Source of the DNA: Zygnema circumcarinatum SAG 698-1b
Taxonomy: Eukaryota > Plantae > Zygnematophyceae
NCBI GenBank assembly: GCA_037447605.1
Contig: CM074813.1
Coordinates: 2,666,001-2,730,000, forward strand
Reading direction: 5' to 3'
Length of the DNA stretch: 64,000 nucleotides
Each line of letters opens with the position of its first letter. Position 1 is the stretch's first letter. Of the stretch, positions 1 through 10,537 are shown piece after piece. The notes beneath the pieces are model-generated. The model saw only the letters and a program-made list of their open reading frames with translations, made no database searches and was not told the DNA's origin. A program made the position numbers and the translations under genes.

Positions 1-397
1 TGAGGAAGAGGATGACTGGGGGGGGGGGGGAGGGGTAGGGAGAGAGAGAGGGAAGATGGGGGAGGGAGGGGGCGATGAGAGAAAAAATGAAGGGAAGGGA
101 AAACGATCGGGCAGAGAAAGTAATAGAGAGGGAGAGGGAGAATAAGACAAAGGGAGAGGGAGAGAGGGGGAAAGGGGGAGATGGGAGGGGAGAGCGGAGA
201 GGGGAGGAAGAGAGAGTGAAACAGAGAGAACGAGACAGAGAGGGGGAGGTGGGTGAGAGGGAATTCGAACTTATGGAGGATGAAAATCAGCAAGCTTGAC
301 TCTGACCTTGTCCTCCAATGAAAGAGCCCCAATCTCCATCTAGCAGGGTCCTTTGTTAGGGTTCAGAGGTTTTCCGTTTTAGGGTTTTGCAACGCAC

Positions 398-1216
398 TGA
401 GGACAATGGCGGCAGCCACTCCGAGCACGGCCCCAACGGAAGCAGCCAACTGAGTCCAACAGTAACGGCGCACATAGCACGCCATGTCCACTGCGCCGCA
501 CAGTCTGCATGGGGAGAGAGGGAGGGGCAACAGAGTAACATTCAATCAATTCAATTCCTAAATCCTAAACTTGAAAAAGTTTAAATCCCTAGAAACCGGA
601 AAACTCTAAAAGCCTAAGGGCCGTCGGAAGCTGAAAGCATGTCAGTATTTAGGAAAAGACGAGGCAGTGATCTCTGAAAGATTAGAACCCTAAAAATCTA
701 AAACCCTGAAATTCTAAAATCCCATAACCGACAACCCTAGAACCTTTGAACCTCTGAACCCTAGAACTCCACAAACTTAATTTTTTAACAATGGAAGGAG
801 AAGGAGCTCACCGGCAAGGGTTGAGATCGTCAGAAAAAGTGATGTTGGATGACTGATCTCCGTTGCCAATGCCTCCCTGAAACGAATATAAGGGCTAGGG
901 TTCAGGGATTCGGGTTTAAGGATTTAAGATTTCGAATCGTAGGATCGTTAGGCAACATCGAAGGCAAGATTCTTTAATCACGATTTCAATGTATGAAATT
1001 GCAGACATGATTCATCGATTGACTTTTAGTCATGTACTCATTTCTTGTTCCACCTGACTTCCGCGGTTGTCTTTAGTCGCCGTCGTGGAGAAGCCAACGG
1101 TGCGATTATCAATAAGGGCTCCGAGAGCATCGTACAAAAGAACTGATGCATCACAAAAATACATCACACAAGTTTAAGTGGTCAATCAACAATTGCCGTT
1201 CCCTCTCCCTCTCTCA

Positions 1217-1263
<47 letters not shown>

Positions 1264-1978
1264 GTCGCTCTTTCTCCTCTCTCTCTCTACCTTCTCTCTC
1301 CCTCCCTCCCCCTCCAGCCCTTCTTGTCCCTCTCCATCAACCTCTCTCTCCCTACCGCACTTAAAGTTCCGCAGCTTCCAGTCGCTCCCATCTTCCCCCC
1401 CTCTCTCCACTCCATCTTGGCCTCCCCCCTCCCCCTCCCTCTCCCTCCCCCAGTCCACATCTCCCACATTCGAATACCTCTCTATATCTTCCATAAGGAA
1501 TGGATCCGCCGGAAATTAAACATTTCAGCAAATATTTTCAGAAAAGGCAAAATTACGGAACTGACCGTCACATGAACGATTTTTGGCGGACGCGTCCTCT
1601 GTACGGAGCTCAAATGTGAAGTTGGCCGTTTGTCCGGAATCGATACTTCGCATTTGGGCCTGCAAAACAAATTAGGGTTTTAGACTCTTTGACATTGGAA
1701 TCGAGCTCCTTCAAAGGATTTAACCAAGGGATAAGCTGAACCCTGAGAGCGATAAATTACTATTCGAGGCTTCAGTGCATTCAGTCATAAAATTATATTT
1801 TTGTTTTACGGCTTAACGGAACACAAAACGGAACGCTTTCGGTGACTTACAACGACAGTGGCGATTCCCTCGGAGCAGTTTTGAACCTGCATGGAACGGC
1901 GCTGCCTTCCGTTGTTCAGTATCTGTCAACTGTAACTCGTCACACACACCCTCCTCCTCTCTGTCCTGCATTGCCTCT

Positions 1979-2017
<39 letters not shown>

Positions 2018-2946
2018 TCTCTCTCTCTTTCCCTCCCCCCCCGTCCCCACTACCCACTCTCGTCTTTCCCATTCTCTCCTGCCCTCTCCCTCTTCCATCT
2101 CTCTCTCCGTCGGCCTCTCCCTTCCTCTCTCCCTCCTCCCTTTAAAGCCCCGCAGTTCAACCTCTACCCACAGTGGCCACTCATTCAATGTCCCTCTCCG
2201 GCCCTTTCCCTGCTCTCACAGTTACAGTAAAATCCGCTGAAATTTCGCCAACATTTTGAACGGCGGCAGAGAGGCGACCTCCCCCCGAGAGAGACTCAAA
2301 TTTCGAGGCCGAGGCGGAAACGATTTTTCCGGGGCTCCTGTTTTTTTTTTTTTTTAAATTGGGGTCCCAAAATTTCAAATTTCAGTGATTAGATTACAGA
2401 AAGGGTAAAAAAATTTAAGAGAAGTGAAAAGACCAGAAAAGTGGAAGCTGTTTTGTTCTGGTCTGTACTTGGTTTTTCTTTTCCAGCTTTTTTTTTTTAT
2501 TTTTTCTTAAAGTAATCGCACCTGTTGACGAGAAAGCGCACATTGTCCGCTTTGATTTCGAGAGTGAGGACGGAATTGAGCATTTGCGTGACCAGCAGAG
2601 CGACGCTGTACTTGCCCTTCCCCTGTCAGTTCAACGGAATCTCACATAGAAACGCTCGGCTCAGTTCCGTAACGCTCGAAAAATGAAGGAAGTTTTCAAA
2701 AAATGCGAGGGTTGACATGAGCATTGGGAGGCAAATACTGGCAGGTCTGAACATGGTCTCTGAAGGTCCGCAATCTGTAAGAAATGGCGAATGTAAGCAG
2801 ATGGATATTATGCTTTATGAAGAAATTGTAAATCCGTACAATCTGGAGAGGCGTAACGGAGCCGAGCGAGGAGAGAGCATAGAGCGGCTCCTCTCCGTTG
2901 GAGATTCGCTCGGCGTCGGCCTGCAAACAAGCACACGGACGGACTC

Positions 2947-2981
<35 letters not shown>

Positions 2982-5412
2982 GAGAGAGAGGGAGAGAGCG
3001 AGAGAGAGAGGGAGAGAGAGAGAGAGAGAGATGCAAGGCGACCAAGTCAACCGATGGAACCAAGTCCTCAAATTCAAACAAAAAAAACATATTCAAATTA
3101 TATAACAAAGTCAAAAAGTTAAGAAACCAACCAGTTTAACCAACTCAACAACCTTAACCCACTCAATTCAACCAAGGGCAACAGATTCAACCAATTCAAA
3201 CAGAGTCACCCAGGTCAACTAAGTCAACCAAGTCACCCAGGTCAACCAAGTCGACCAAGTCAACGGAGTCAATCGATTCAACGGAGTCAGTCAAGTCAAC
3301 GGAGTCAATCAAGTCAATGTAGTCAACCTCGGCGAGGTCCAGCAGTTGGTTCCGGAGGCACGAGTTGACGAATTTGTGGCAGCGCTCCGGCTCGAAGTTG
3401 AATGCCTGAAAGGAGGACCCTATTTTGTCGCATTGCAGACCATCCAGGGCGAACAGCGCGCTGTCCAGAAGGAGCCACTCTGAAAATTCAAAAAAAAAAA
3501 AGGGGGTTTAGAGATTTGGATCTATGTGAGAGAAACTGAAAATCTAGTACTTGTCGAAAAAGTACGAGCCTCCAAAATTTGGCTTTTGCAAAGTCTACGA
3601 TCGAAGAAAGGAAAGGATGAACAGTCCACTCAGAGAAATTAGAAAAAAAAAGGGCCAGAAAAAAAAAAAAGTGAAAAGAAAAACGAAAGGAGTGGAGAGA
3701 ACATTGGGAAGATTGGAAAAAGTTGTTTATTCCTTATTATTATTATTATTATTTTTCCAATTACGCGATGTATCGGCGACTATCTCTGCCGAAGTCGAGC
3801 CTTCGATTTGCGGCACAGCGACGAGTTTGGAGGCGAGTTCCGGCAGTTGCGCGTACAACGCAAAGTCGCCCAAAAGGGAGGCCGCCACTGACCGGTCCGA
3901 GTTTAGGGCTAAGGGCGCGGTGGGGCCCACCACCAGCACCTCCTGAAGGAGGGGGGAGGAGGGGGAGGAGGGGGAGGAGGGGGAGGAGGGGTTAGGGTTT
4001 AGGGTTTAGGGTTTAGGGTTTAGGGGTAATGAGGGTTGAGGGTTGAGGGTTGGGGGTTTAGGTTTTGAGGGTTTACTGTTGAAGTTCTTAGGGTCGAAGA
4101 TTGAGGGTTTTCGGGTTTAGGGTTAAGCACTTAGGATTAAGCTACTAGGGGGTTAAGAGGGGTTCTAGGGTTGAGGGTTTTAGGGTTTAGGATTTGACGG
4201 CTTTAGGGTAGTTTAGGGTTAAGAGCGAGAAGGGAGGGGTTTTTGAGGGTGGAGAGGTTGAAGGAAACGAAAATGAGAGGGGGACAGAGGGAGAGGGTTG
4301 GAGGGGGAGAGAGAAAGAGAGAGAGGAGGAGAGAGAGAGAGGGAGAGAGAGAGAGGCTCGCACCTTGCTGCTCTCACCCGTGGATGGTTTGGTGATATTG
4401 ATCTGAAGTTGAAAGTTCAAAGTCGCCGATCCAACTCTGAAGGTGGAGTACCTGCAGGACGAGCAGACCGATACAGCCGAAAATAGGGTTTCCTTTTATA
4501 TTCGTCATGGATCAAGCTCTGACATAAAAAAAAAAAAAGGTCCTAATGGGATTATTGCTTTTTTTAGATTGCGGGGTGGCTTGAAAGCGTCAGGACATGC
4601 TGAAGCTTTAGGGTTTAAGATTTTGTCCGTTGCAGAAAATTAGGGTTTAGGGTTTAGGGTTTAGGGTTGAGGGCGGCCACCATGTTCTGTTGAACCGCAG
4701 ACAGTGAGCGCTGGAAGGGACGCCGCCCAGGAACAGGCCTGCAGGGGGGAGCCTCGGGCAGGGGGAAAAAAGAATTCTTAAAATTTTTTAAATAAGAAAA
4801 GAAAAGATAAAGCAATGATAAATTTTGTTCCTAGCTATACAGTCCCTGAATCTTAACTTATTTTGAAAAATGTACTCATCTTCTGCACATCATATATAGA
4901 AATCAAAATACGAAAAAGTGAAGCGAGCTTCAGACGTGATGTGATTTCCAATCCCAATTCGTTTTTTTCTTTTTTCTTTAAATCCTGAAAAAGTTACGTT
5001 GGCGTATATTTAAATTATAGCAAATCTGCCCCCCCCCCCAACCTTGATTCCAAAGGCTGCAGTCAAGATCCGTACGGAAGGCCTCCTTGGACGTTCCGAG
5101 AATGGAGCGGTCGAACACGTCATCGACTCCGCAGCTGCAGCAGAAACCCTGAAGGGAGGAAGGGAGGGGCTCCATGGATGCAGTCATCCGTTACACTCAA
5201 CTGACCAGTTTAAGCTTTTCTTAACGGAAAATGAACTGAGATGAAGAAGAGGCACACATTCCTCGCCTCATTCCCTATCAGTCGATCGACGGCTCTGAAC
5301 CCCAAACCCTAAAAACCCACTCATTCTCACTGGTGCGAGGGCGGGCCCCCTCTCTCTCTCTCCCTCTCTCTCTCTCTCTCCCTCTCTCTCACTCTCTCCC
5401 TCTCTCTCTCTG

Positions 5413-5481
<69 letters not shown>

Positions 5482-6631
5482 GCCACCTGCGAGGCGTAGA
5501 CCCGCGAGGAGCGGTCCCCGGCGAGGAACCATCCGCACGTGGGAGCGTCCGCGGAGGGGGACGCGCGGCACCGGTCGGTCTTCACCGCCACCTCGTAGGG
5601 CCGCCCGTTGAACGTCTGGAGGGAGGGAGAGGGAGGGAGGGAGAGGGAGGGAGGGAGAGGGAGGGAGGGAGGGAGAGGGAGGGAGAGGGAGGGAGGGAGG
5701 GAGGGAGGGAGGGAGAGGGAGGGAGGAGAGGGAGGGAGGGAGAGGGAGGGAGAGGGAGGGAGAGGGAGGGAGGGAGGAGGGAGGGAGAGGGAGGGAGGGA
5801 GGGAGGGAGGGAGAGGGAGGGAGGAGAGGGAGGGGGGGGTGGGGGAAAGGGAGGGGGGGAAGAGGAGTGGTGAGAGGGAGGGGAGGGAGAGGGAGTGAAA
5901 GGCGAAGAAGAAAGAGAGAGAGGGAGGGAGAGGATGGAGGGGGATCGAGGGGGTTGGAGGCAAGCGAGATGTAAGGGGCAGGAGCCACGATTGGTCGGAG
6001 GGAAGACGGAAGGGAGGGAGGGAAGGAAGGAGGGAGGGAGGGAGGGTGAGCGAGAGAGCAAGCACCTGCAGGTACGTGAGCGGGTAGACGGCGTACACGG
6101 CGGTCTTTGTGACCGTTATCCTGAACGGCTCCGCGAGGCGCCGCTCCGTTCCGTTGGCGTCCTTTGCGGCCGCGACCTCCGCCTCGATGCTCTGCGTGCC
6201 GGCGGTCTGGGGAAGGGACGGGGGAGGGGAAAGGTATCTGAAGTTAGAATATATGGCTGTAAGATAATAATATGAGACACAGCAAGAGCTGAGTATCCTT
6301 TCCCTTTAAAATAATTAAAACGTGAGGATTTTGAAGTCCCTGAACCCTCCCACCCCGATGCCCTGCACTAGGGACTCCTCCCCTCCTGCCCGCAGCAAAA
6401 GTTTTTTCTTTTTATCGCTGCCCGCACCTGCCCATTCGCCACTGAGAGAGTGACTACAATCTTTTTCCCGCACGCAATGCTCCCGTTCCCGGCCAATCCC
6501 GTGCTGCCACTTGGCGGCGGAGCAGGCGAGGAGCCCTCCACCACGCAGGAGACGATGTCGCTCTTCGCGAGGACGGCCGCCATGGCCGAGCTCGCGCGCA
6601 ATAGGAGGAGGGGGACAAGGAGGAGCAGCAT
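398..6631 (-). CDS. HAP2: HAP2/GCS1 class II gamete fusogen, at least 16 exons; 3' end (cytoplasmic tail) unresolved and probably continues toward or past position 1
   Basis: Exons (minus, all GT-AG, phases consistent): 6631-6428, 6206-6066, 5615-5487, 5148-5043, 4738-4681, 4451-4364, 3942-3765, 3479-3328, 2920-2840, 2622-2522, 2337-2220, 1886-1851, 1659-1566, 1142-1054, 876-812, 504-398. Signal peptide MLLLLVPLLLLRASSA. HAP2 motifs: LAKSDIVSC..CGKKIVVTLSV, KTAVYAVYPLTY, GFCCSC, SAHCLRF..W, LLGDF, LDGLQCDKIG..F..E..RC..F.NSCL.NQL, EPLY, LEIKADNVRF..NRSPGKI, FSTTAT, Cys-rich stem CRLCGAVDMACYVRRYCW, then TM LAASVGAVLGVAAAIVL. Confidence 0.95.
3120..3327. repeat. Degenerate 9-10 bp minisatellite (AGTCAACCA/AGTCAACGG units) in HAP2 intron 8
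   Basis: Tandem units agtcaaccaa, agtcacccag, agtcaacgg, agtcaatc read directly; the array abuts the donor at 3327. Confidence 0.8.
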
Positions 6632-6907
6632 CTGGGAGAAAGATCTATAGTGTATAACAAATTAAAAGAAAATGAATCTAATTTAATTCTTAATTCTAAG
6701 TAAATCAAGTTTTAAAGAGAGAGAAAGTTTCAATTCCAGAGCATTTGCAAGGTCTGTTTATCACAATATAGGTTCTGGCCCAGTTAAACCATTCTAATTC
6801 GAAGGGTTTAAGAGGGTGAGGTTGCAGGGTTCAGAGCGAACCCGAAGAGGGCAGTCCACTGCTTTTGGGGGCAGACCAGTAAACCCTAATCCGCCGCGGC
6901 TCTGACC

Positions 6908-7395
6908 GCCACGTGGCAGAGCAACGGCAGGCCACGTGGCGCTCCTGGGCGCACCTTCCCGTTCCGGAGCCACGTGGCCGCGACAGGGGACGTCCGGACG
7001 CATTGTCCGGTCAAGCCGGCTGGAAGTTTTTTGTCGTGTTGTGCCGCGTGGCAGTCTCAGCGGATGCCACGTCACGTCACGGGACTGCAAGCGCCGGCGG
7101 GTATTCAACCGCTCGCCGTTGTTGTCCTCTGCTTGGGGAAAACGACAAGGCTAGGTTTTTTGGAAAGTAGGTCGGTGCATGTCGGTGCTGACGCAAAGTT
7201 GTGTCAACTAACCGAATCAGCAGTCGCCACGTGGCCGCCGTTGACTTGTGTCGGTGGGCCTAGAGCGGTCTTGGGCAACTCGACCCTCCCAAGTTCCACA
7301 AGTCCTAGGCGCCCAATCTGTAATTCCTTTCCTTGCCTTTCTTGTACGGACAAGCACGGTACGGCTATTTTGTCCTTTATGTGTGAGTATATAAA
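6908..7395. promoter_or_regulatory. G-box cluster and TATA box between the divergent HAP2 and ORF225 genes
   Basis: Perfect GCCACGTGGC at 6908, 6931, 6969 and 7226; GCCACGTCA near 7065; TATATAAA at 7388-7395, upstream of ORF225. Confidence 0.55.
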
Positions 7396-7666
7396 GTGAA
7401 ACACTGGAGAGCAGAATGCGGAGCTCTTCCAGTTTTGGTTCCAGTTTCAGTTAGTGTGTGCATTGAAGTTTTTTTCTCTCTCTAGCGCTCTCTCTCTCTC
7501 GCTCTCTCGCTCTCTCGCTCTCTCTTTCTCTCTCTCTCTAGCTCTCTAGCTCCCACTCTCGGTGCATCCTTCCCCACGCCTAAGGCTTTCCTCCTCCTCT
7601 TCTAATTACAGATAAACCTCACCACGGGTAACAGGTAAATTTTTCATACACACACAGACACACACT

Positions 7667-8344
7667 ATGGCGAGCACACCTTCAGCGACCCCCAACACGG
7701 ACGAGGTAGCGAAGCTCTGGGAGCAGGGCAGCACGGCATGGGTCGAGGGGTGCCTCCATGGCGGCCTCACCCCCGCCCAGCTCGAGAGGAGGCTTGCGCC
7801 GCTCGCAACGGCGATCCGGTCACAACATGCGCCGCATGTACTGGCGGAGGCCATATCGGTGGGGCTTTTGGTGCCGGATGGGAAGCGGGGGTGGAAGGAG
7901 TACTTGGCCATGGCGGACGCCATGAAGAAGGAGGGTTTCCGTGAGGAAGTCCTGAAGAGATACCGGCACGAGGTCAACAAGCGGAAGGCTCCCGCCGGGC
8001 ATACCCCACAGACTGTGGTGTATGTTCAAATGTTCAAGGAGGCACGGGCAGAGTTAGCCCGTGAGGTCAAAGGGATTCGGGGCGAGTGTGAGCCCTACAT
8101 TAAGAAGCATGAGAAGTTCGCCACGACTGTGCATACGGTCGGTGAGCAGGAGAGGGCCGTGAAGAAGTTCGAGGACGAATTCCTTGCTGAGCACATAGCG
8201 AAATATTGTGCTCAGGGTAGTGTTCAGCATCAATTGGATAACTTCTTTCAAGTGCAGGTCCTTCGTTTTCAGCAAACCGGACACGCCCGCAAGGCCAAGC
8301 GTTTCCGGGATTTGCTTGACCTCAAAAGCCGGCCTTATGCTTAG
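7667..8344 (+). CDS. Intronless hypothetical protein, 225 aa, no family recognised
   Basis: Uninterrupted ATG-to-TAG ORF of non-repetitive, protein-like composition (helical, K/E/R rich), with an upstream TATA box and a CT-rich leader. Confidence 0.6.
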   Translation: MASTPSATPNTDEVAKLWEQGSTAWVEGCLHGGLTPAQLERRLAPLATAIRSQHAPHVLAEAISVGLLVPDGKRGWKEYLAMADAMKKEGFREEVLKRYRHEVNKRKAPAGHTPQTVVYVQMFKEARAELAREVKGIRGECEPYIKKHEKFATTVHTVGEQERAVKKFEDEFLAEHIAKYCAQGSVQHQLDNFFQVQVLRFQQTGHARKAKRFRDLLDLKSRPYA

Positions 8345-9319
8345 GGTAAGGCCCATGGAGGTGAGGATGAGGTGGCCCGGTGACCTTCACGGCTGCTTTG
8401 AGGGAGGGCTTAAAGCGTTGGTGAGCCCAGGTGTAGTTTTTCGCTCCTTGCTTTTTTCTTTTGTGCTTGGGTCCTTTGCGACCAGTTCCTCGTGGTTTCC
8501 CCATGATGCTGATTTTGTCCATGTACATTTGATGGCATCACCGCCATCGTGAGATCAATGCCACTTCTTTGAATCTTTCCTTGAAGGGGCACTTTGAAAG
8601 ACGCAATGCTGATTGTTTTCAGAAACTGTGTAAACTGGCTATTCGTTTAGAATTGACGATCAAGCCAAAAAACAGAAAAAATCAAAAGGTTTCCACACCA
8701 TTTGGGATTGCACACTAAACAAAAAACCTTTTATTTTTTTTTTTTACAGCAAACTTTCCTGAACGGAAGGAAGCAATGTTCGGAAGACAAATGAGATGCC
8801 TCTTTCGGGCAGCTCTCTTCGAAAGGAAATATACAAAGAGGGTAAATTTGGCACCGAGACCGCTATCAGGGGCCCAAATTGTAATAATTTTGAAAGCTTC
8901 AAACGTCTATAATCTTGCGGGAACGGCAAGAATTTCCCGAGAGCTGCGTAGAAATTTCTTCACAAATTTTGGGCATTCAGTAGCAGCCCATCGCCCTGCA
9001 CGCAGAACAAGGTAAATTCTGACTACATAGAAAAAAAATTCAATCTTGGACACCATAGAAAAAATTCCAAACTTGGACACAAGTGTTTTTGTTCGTTAGG
9101 CCCAGACTGAAAAGAGCGATCATGAAAGACTCTGAACCAAATGATGCACAAGAAGAGAGAGATGAGGAAGGCGCAGAGGGAGCTGGCGAAAGGGAGGGAG
9201 GCAGGGAGGACAGACGAGTGAGAAAGCGAGAAGGAGAGGAAGAGAGAGAGAGGAAAAGAGCGAGGGAGAGAGGGAGTAGGGAGAGGGGGGAGGGGAGAGT
9301 GAGAGAGAGAGGGCTCCGT

Positions 9320-10469
9320 GTACCTCTGAGCGGCTAGAAGCTCATCCTCGTCATCACAGTTGTAGCCGAGGCAGTACGCACGTCCTGCAACAGCGCTCCA
9401 TGCGAAGCTCAGTTCTGTTGTGCAAAATGTCTCTCTCGCTCTCTATTTGGGCACCGTTAACACAGGAACAATGATGGGTGGTGGTGGGAGGAGAGCGAGG
9501 GGAGGGAGTGTGAAGAGAGAGAGGAAGGGAGGGAGAGAGAGAAAGGGAGGGGTAGTCAGTCACCTAAGCGACCCGCCCCCATGAGCGGCTCGGCTTCCTC
9601 TGCCACAGCTGTTGCTACTTGGGCCTGCATCCAAGTTCGTACGGAAAACTGTCAAACGATGGCATCCATGCACGCATGCATACATACATGCATTCATCAT
9701 TTCGACCAGCTCACCGTCTTAATAATAGAACAGACTTGCGGAGCTCGTTTAGGTAAAACATTCAAGTTCTAAGAATTTCTGTATTGAATATTCGGACGTT
9801 TTAAAAAGTTGGAATTTCCACAATTGAAGTGTTTTCTCCCTCTCCCTCTCCCTCTCACTCTCCCTCTCCCTCTCCCTCTCTCTCTCTCTCTCCCTCCAGA
9901 CGTTTCCTTAGGGTTTTTCAAGTGCGCAGGGGTTCAAGTTTGCCTGCTCTCCGTCGTCGTCCTCTTCCTCGGGAGAGAGCAAACGGTCAAAGCAGCGGCC
10001 CGAGATGGAGCAAACGAGCAGTTGGTTTTCGGGGTCGGAGAGGGTTTCCGTACAGTTCTCATCGCACACTGCAAAAAAGAAAGGGAGCGAGAGAGAGAGA
10101 GAGAGAGAAGAAGAAAACGCATGGAACGGCTAAGGAAAGGATGATGCCTTATTGGAAGCAGCTAAAGCTAATCCCTCCCTCTGTACAACTGGCAGAAAAC
10201 TTAATAGAAACCTCTACAAAACTCACCAGAAACCAGTTCCCCACCCTCCTTTCCAAACAAGATTAAAGTACATGCATGCATGCATATGTAGAGAGGGAGA
10301 TGGAGTGGGAGAGGTAGAGGGAGAGAAAGAGGCGAGAGAAGGGAGCGGGGGTGGGAGGGGGAAGTGGGGAAGGGCGAAGGGACAGGGGAGGGAGAGGGAG
10401 AGGTAGAGGGAGAGGGAGAGGCAGAGGGAGAGAGAGAGGTAGAGGGAGAGATAGAGGGAGAGGGAGAGG

Positions 10470-10537
<68 letters not shown>

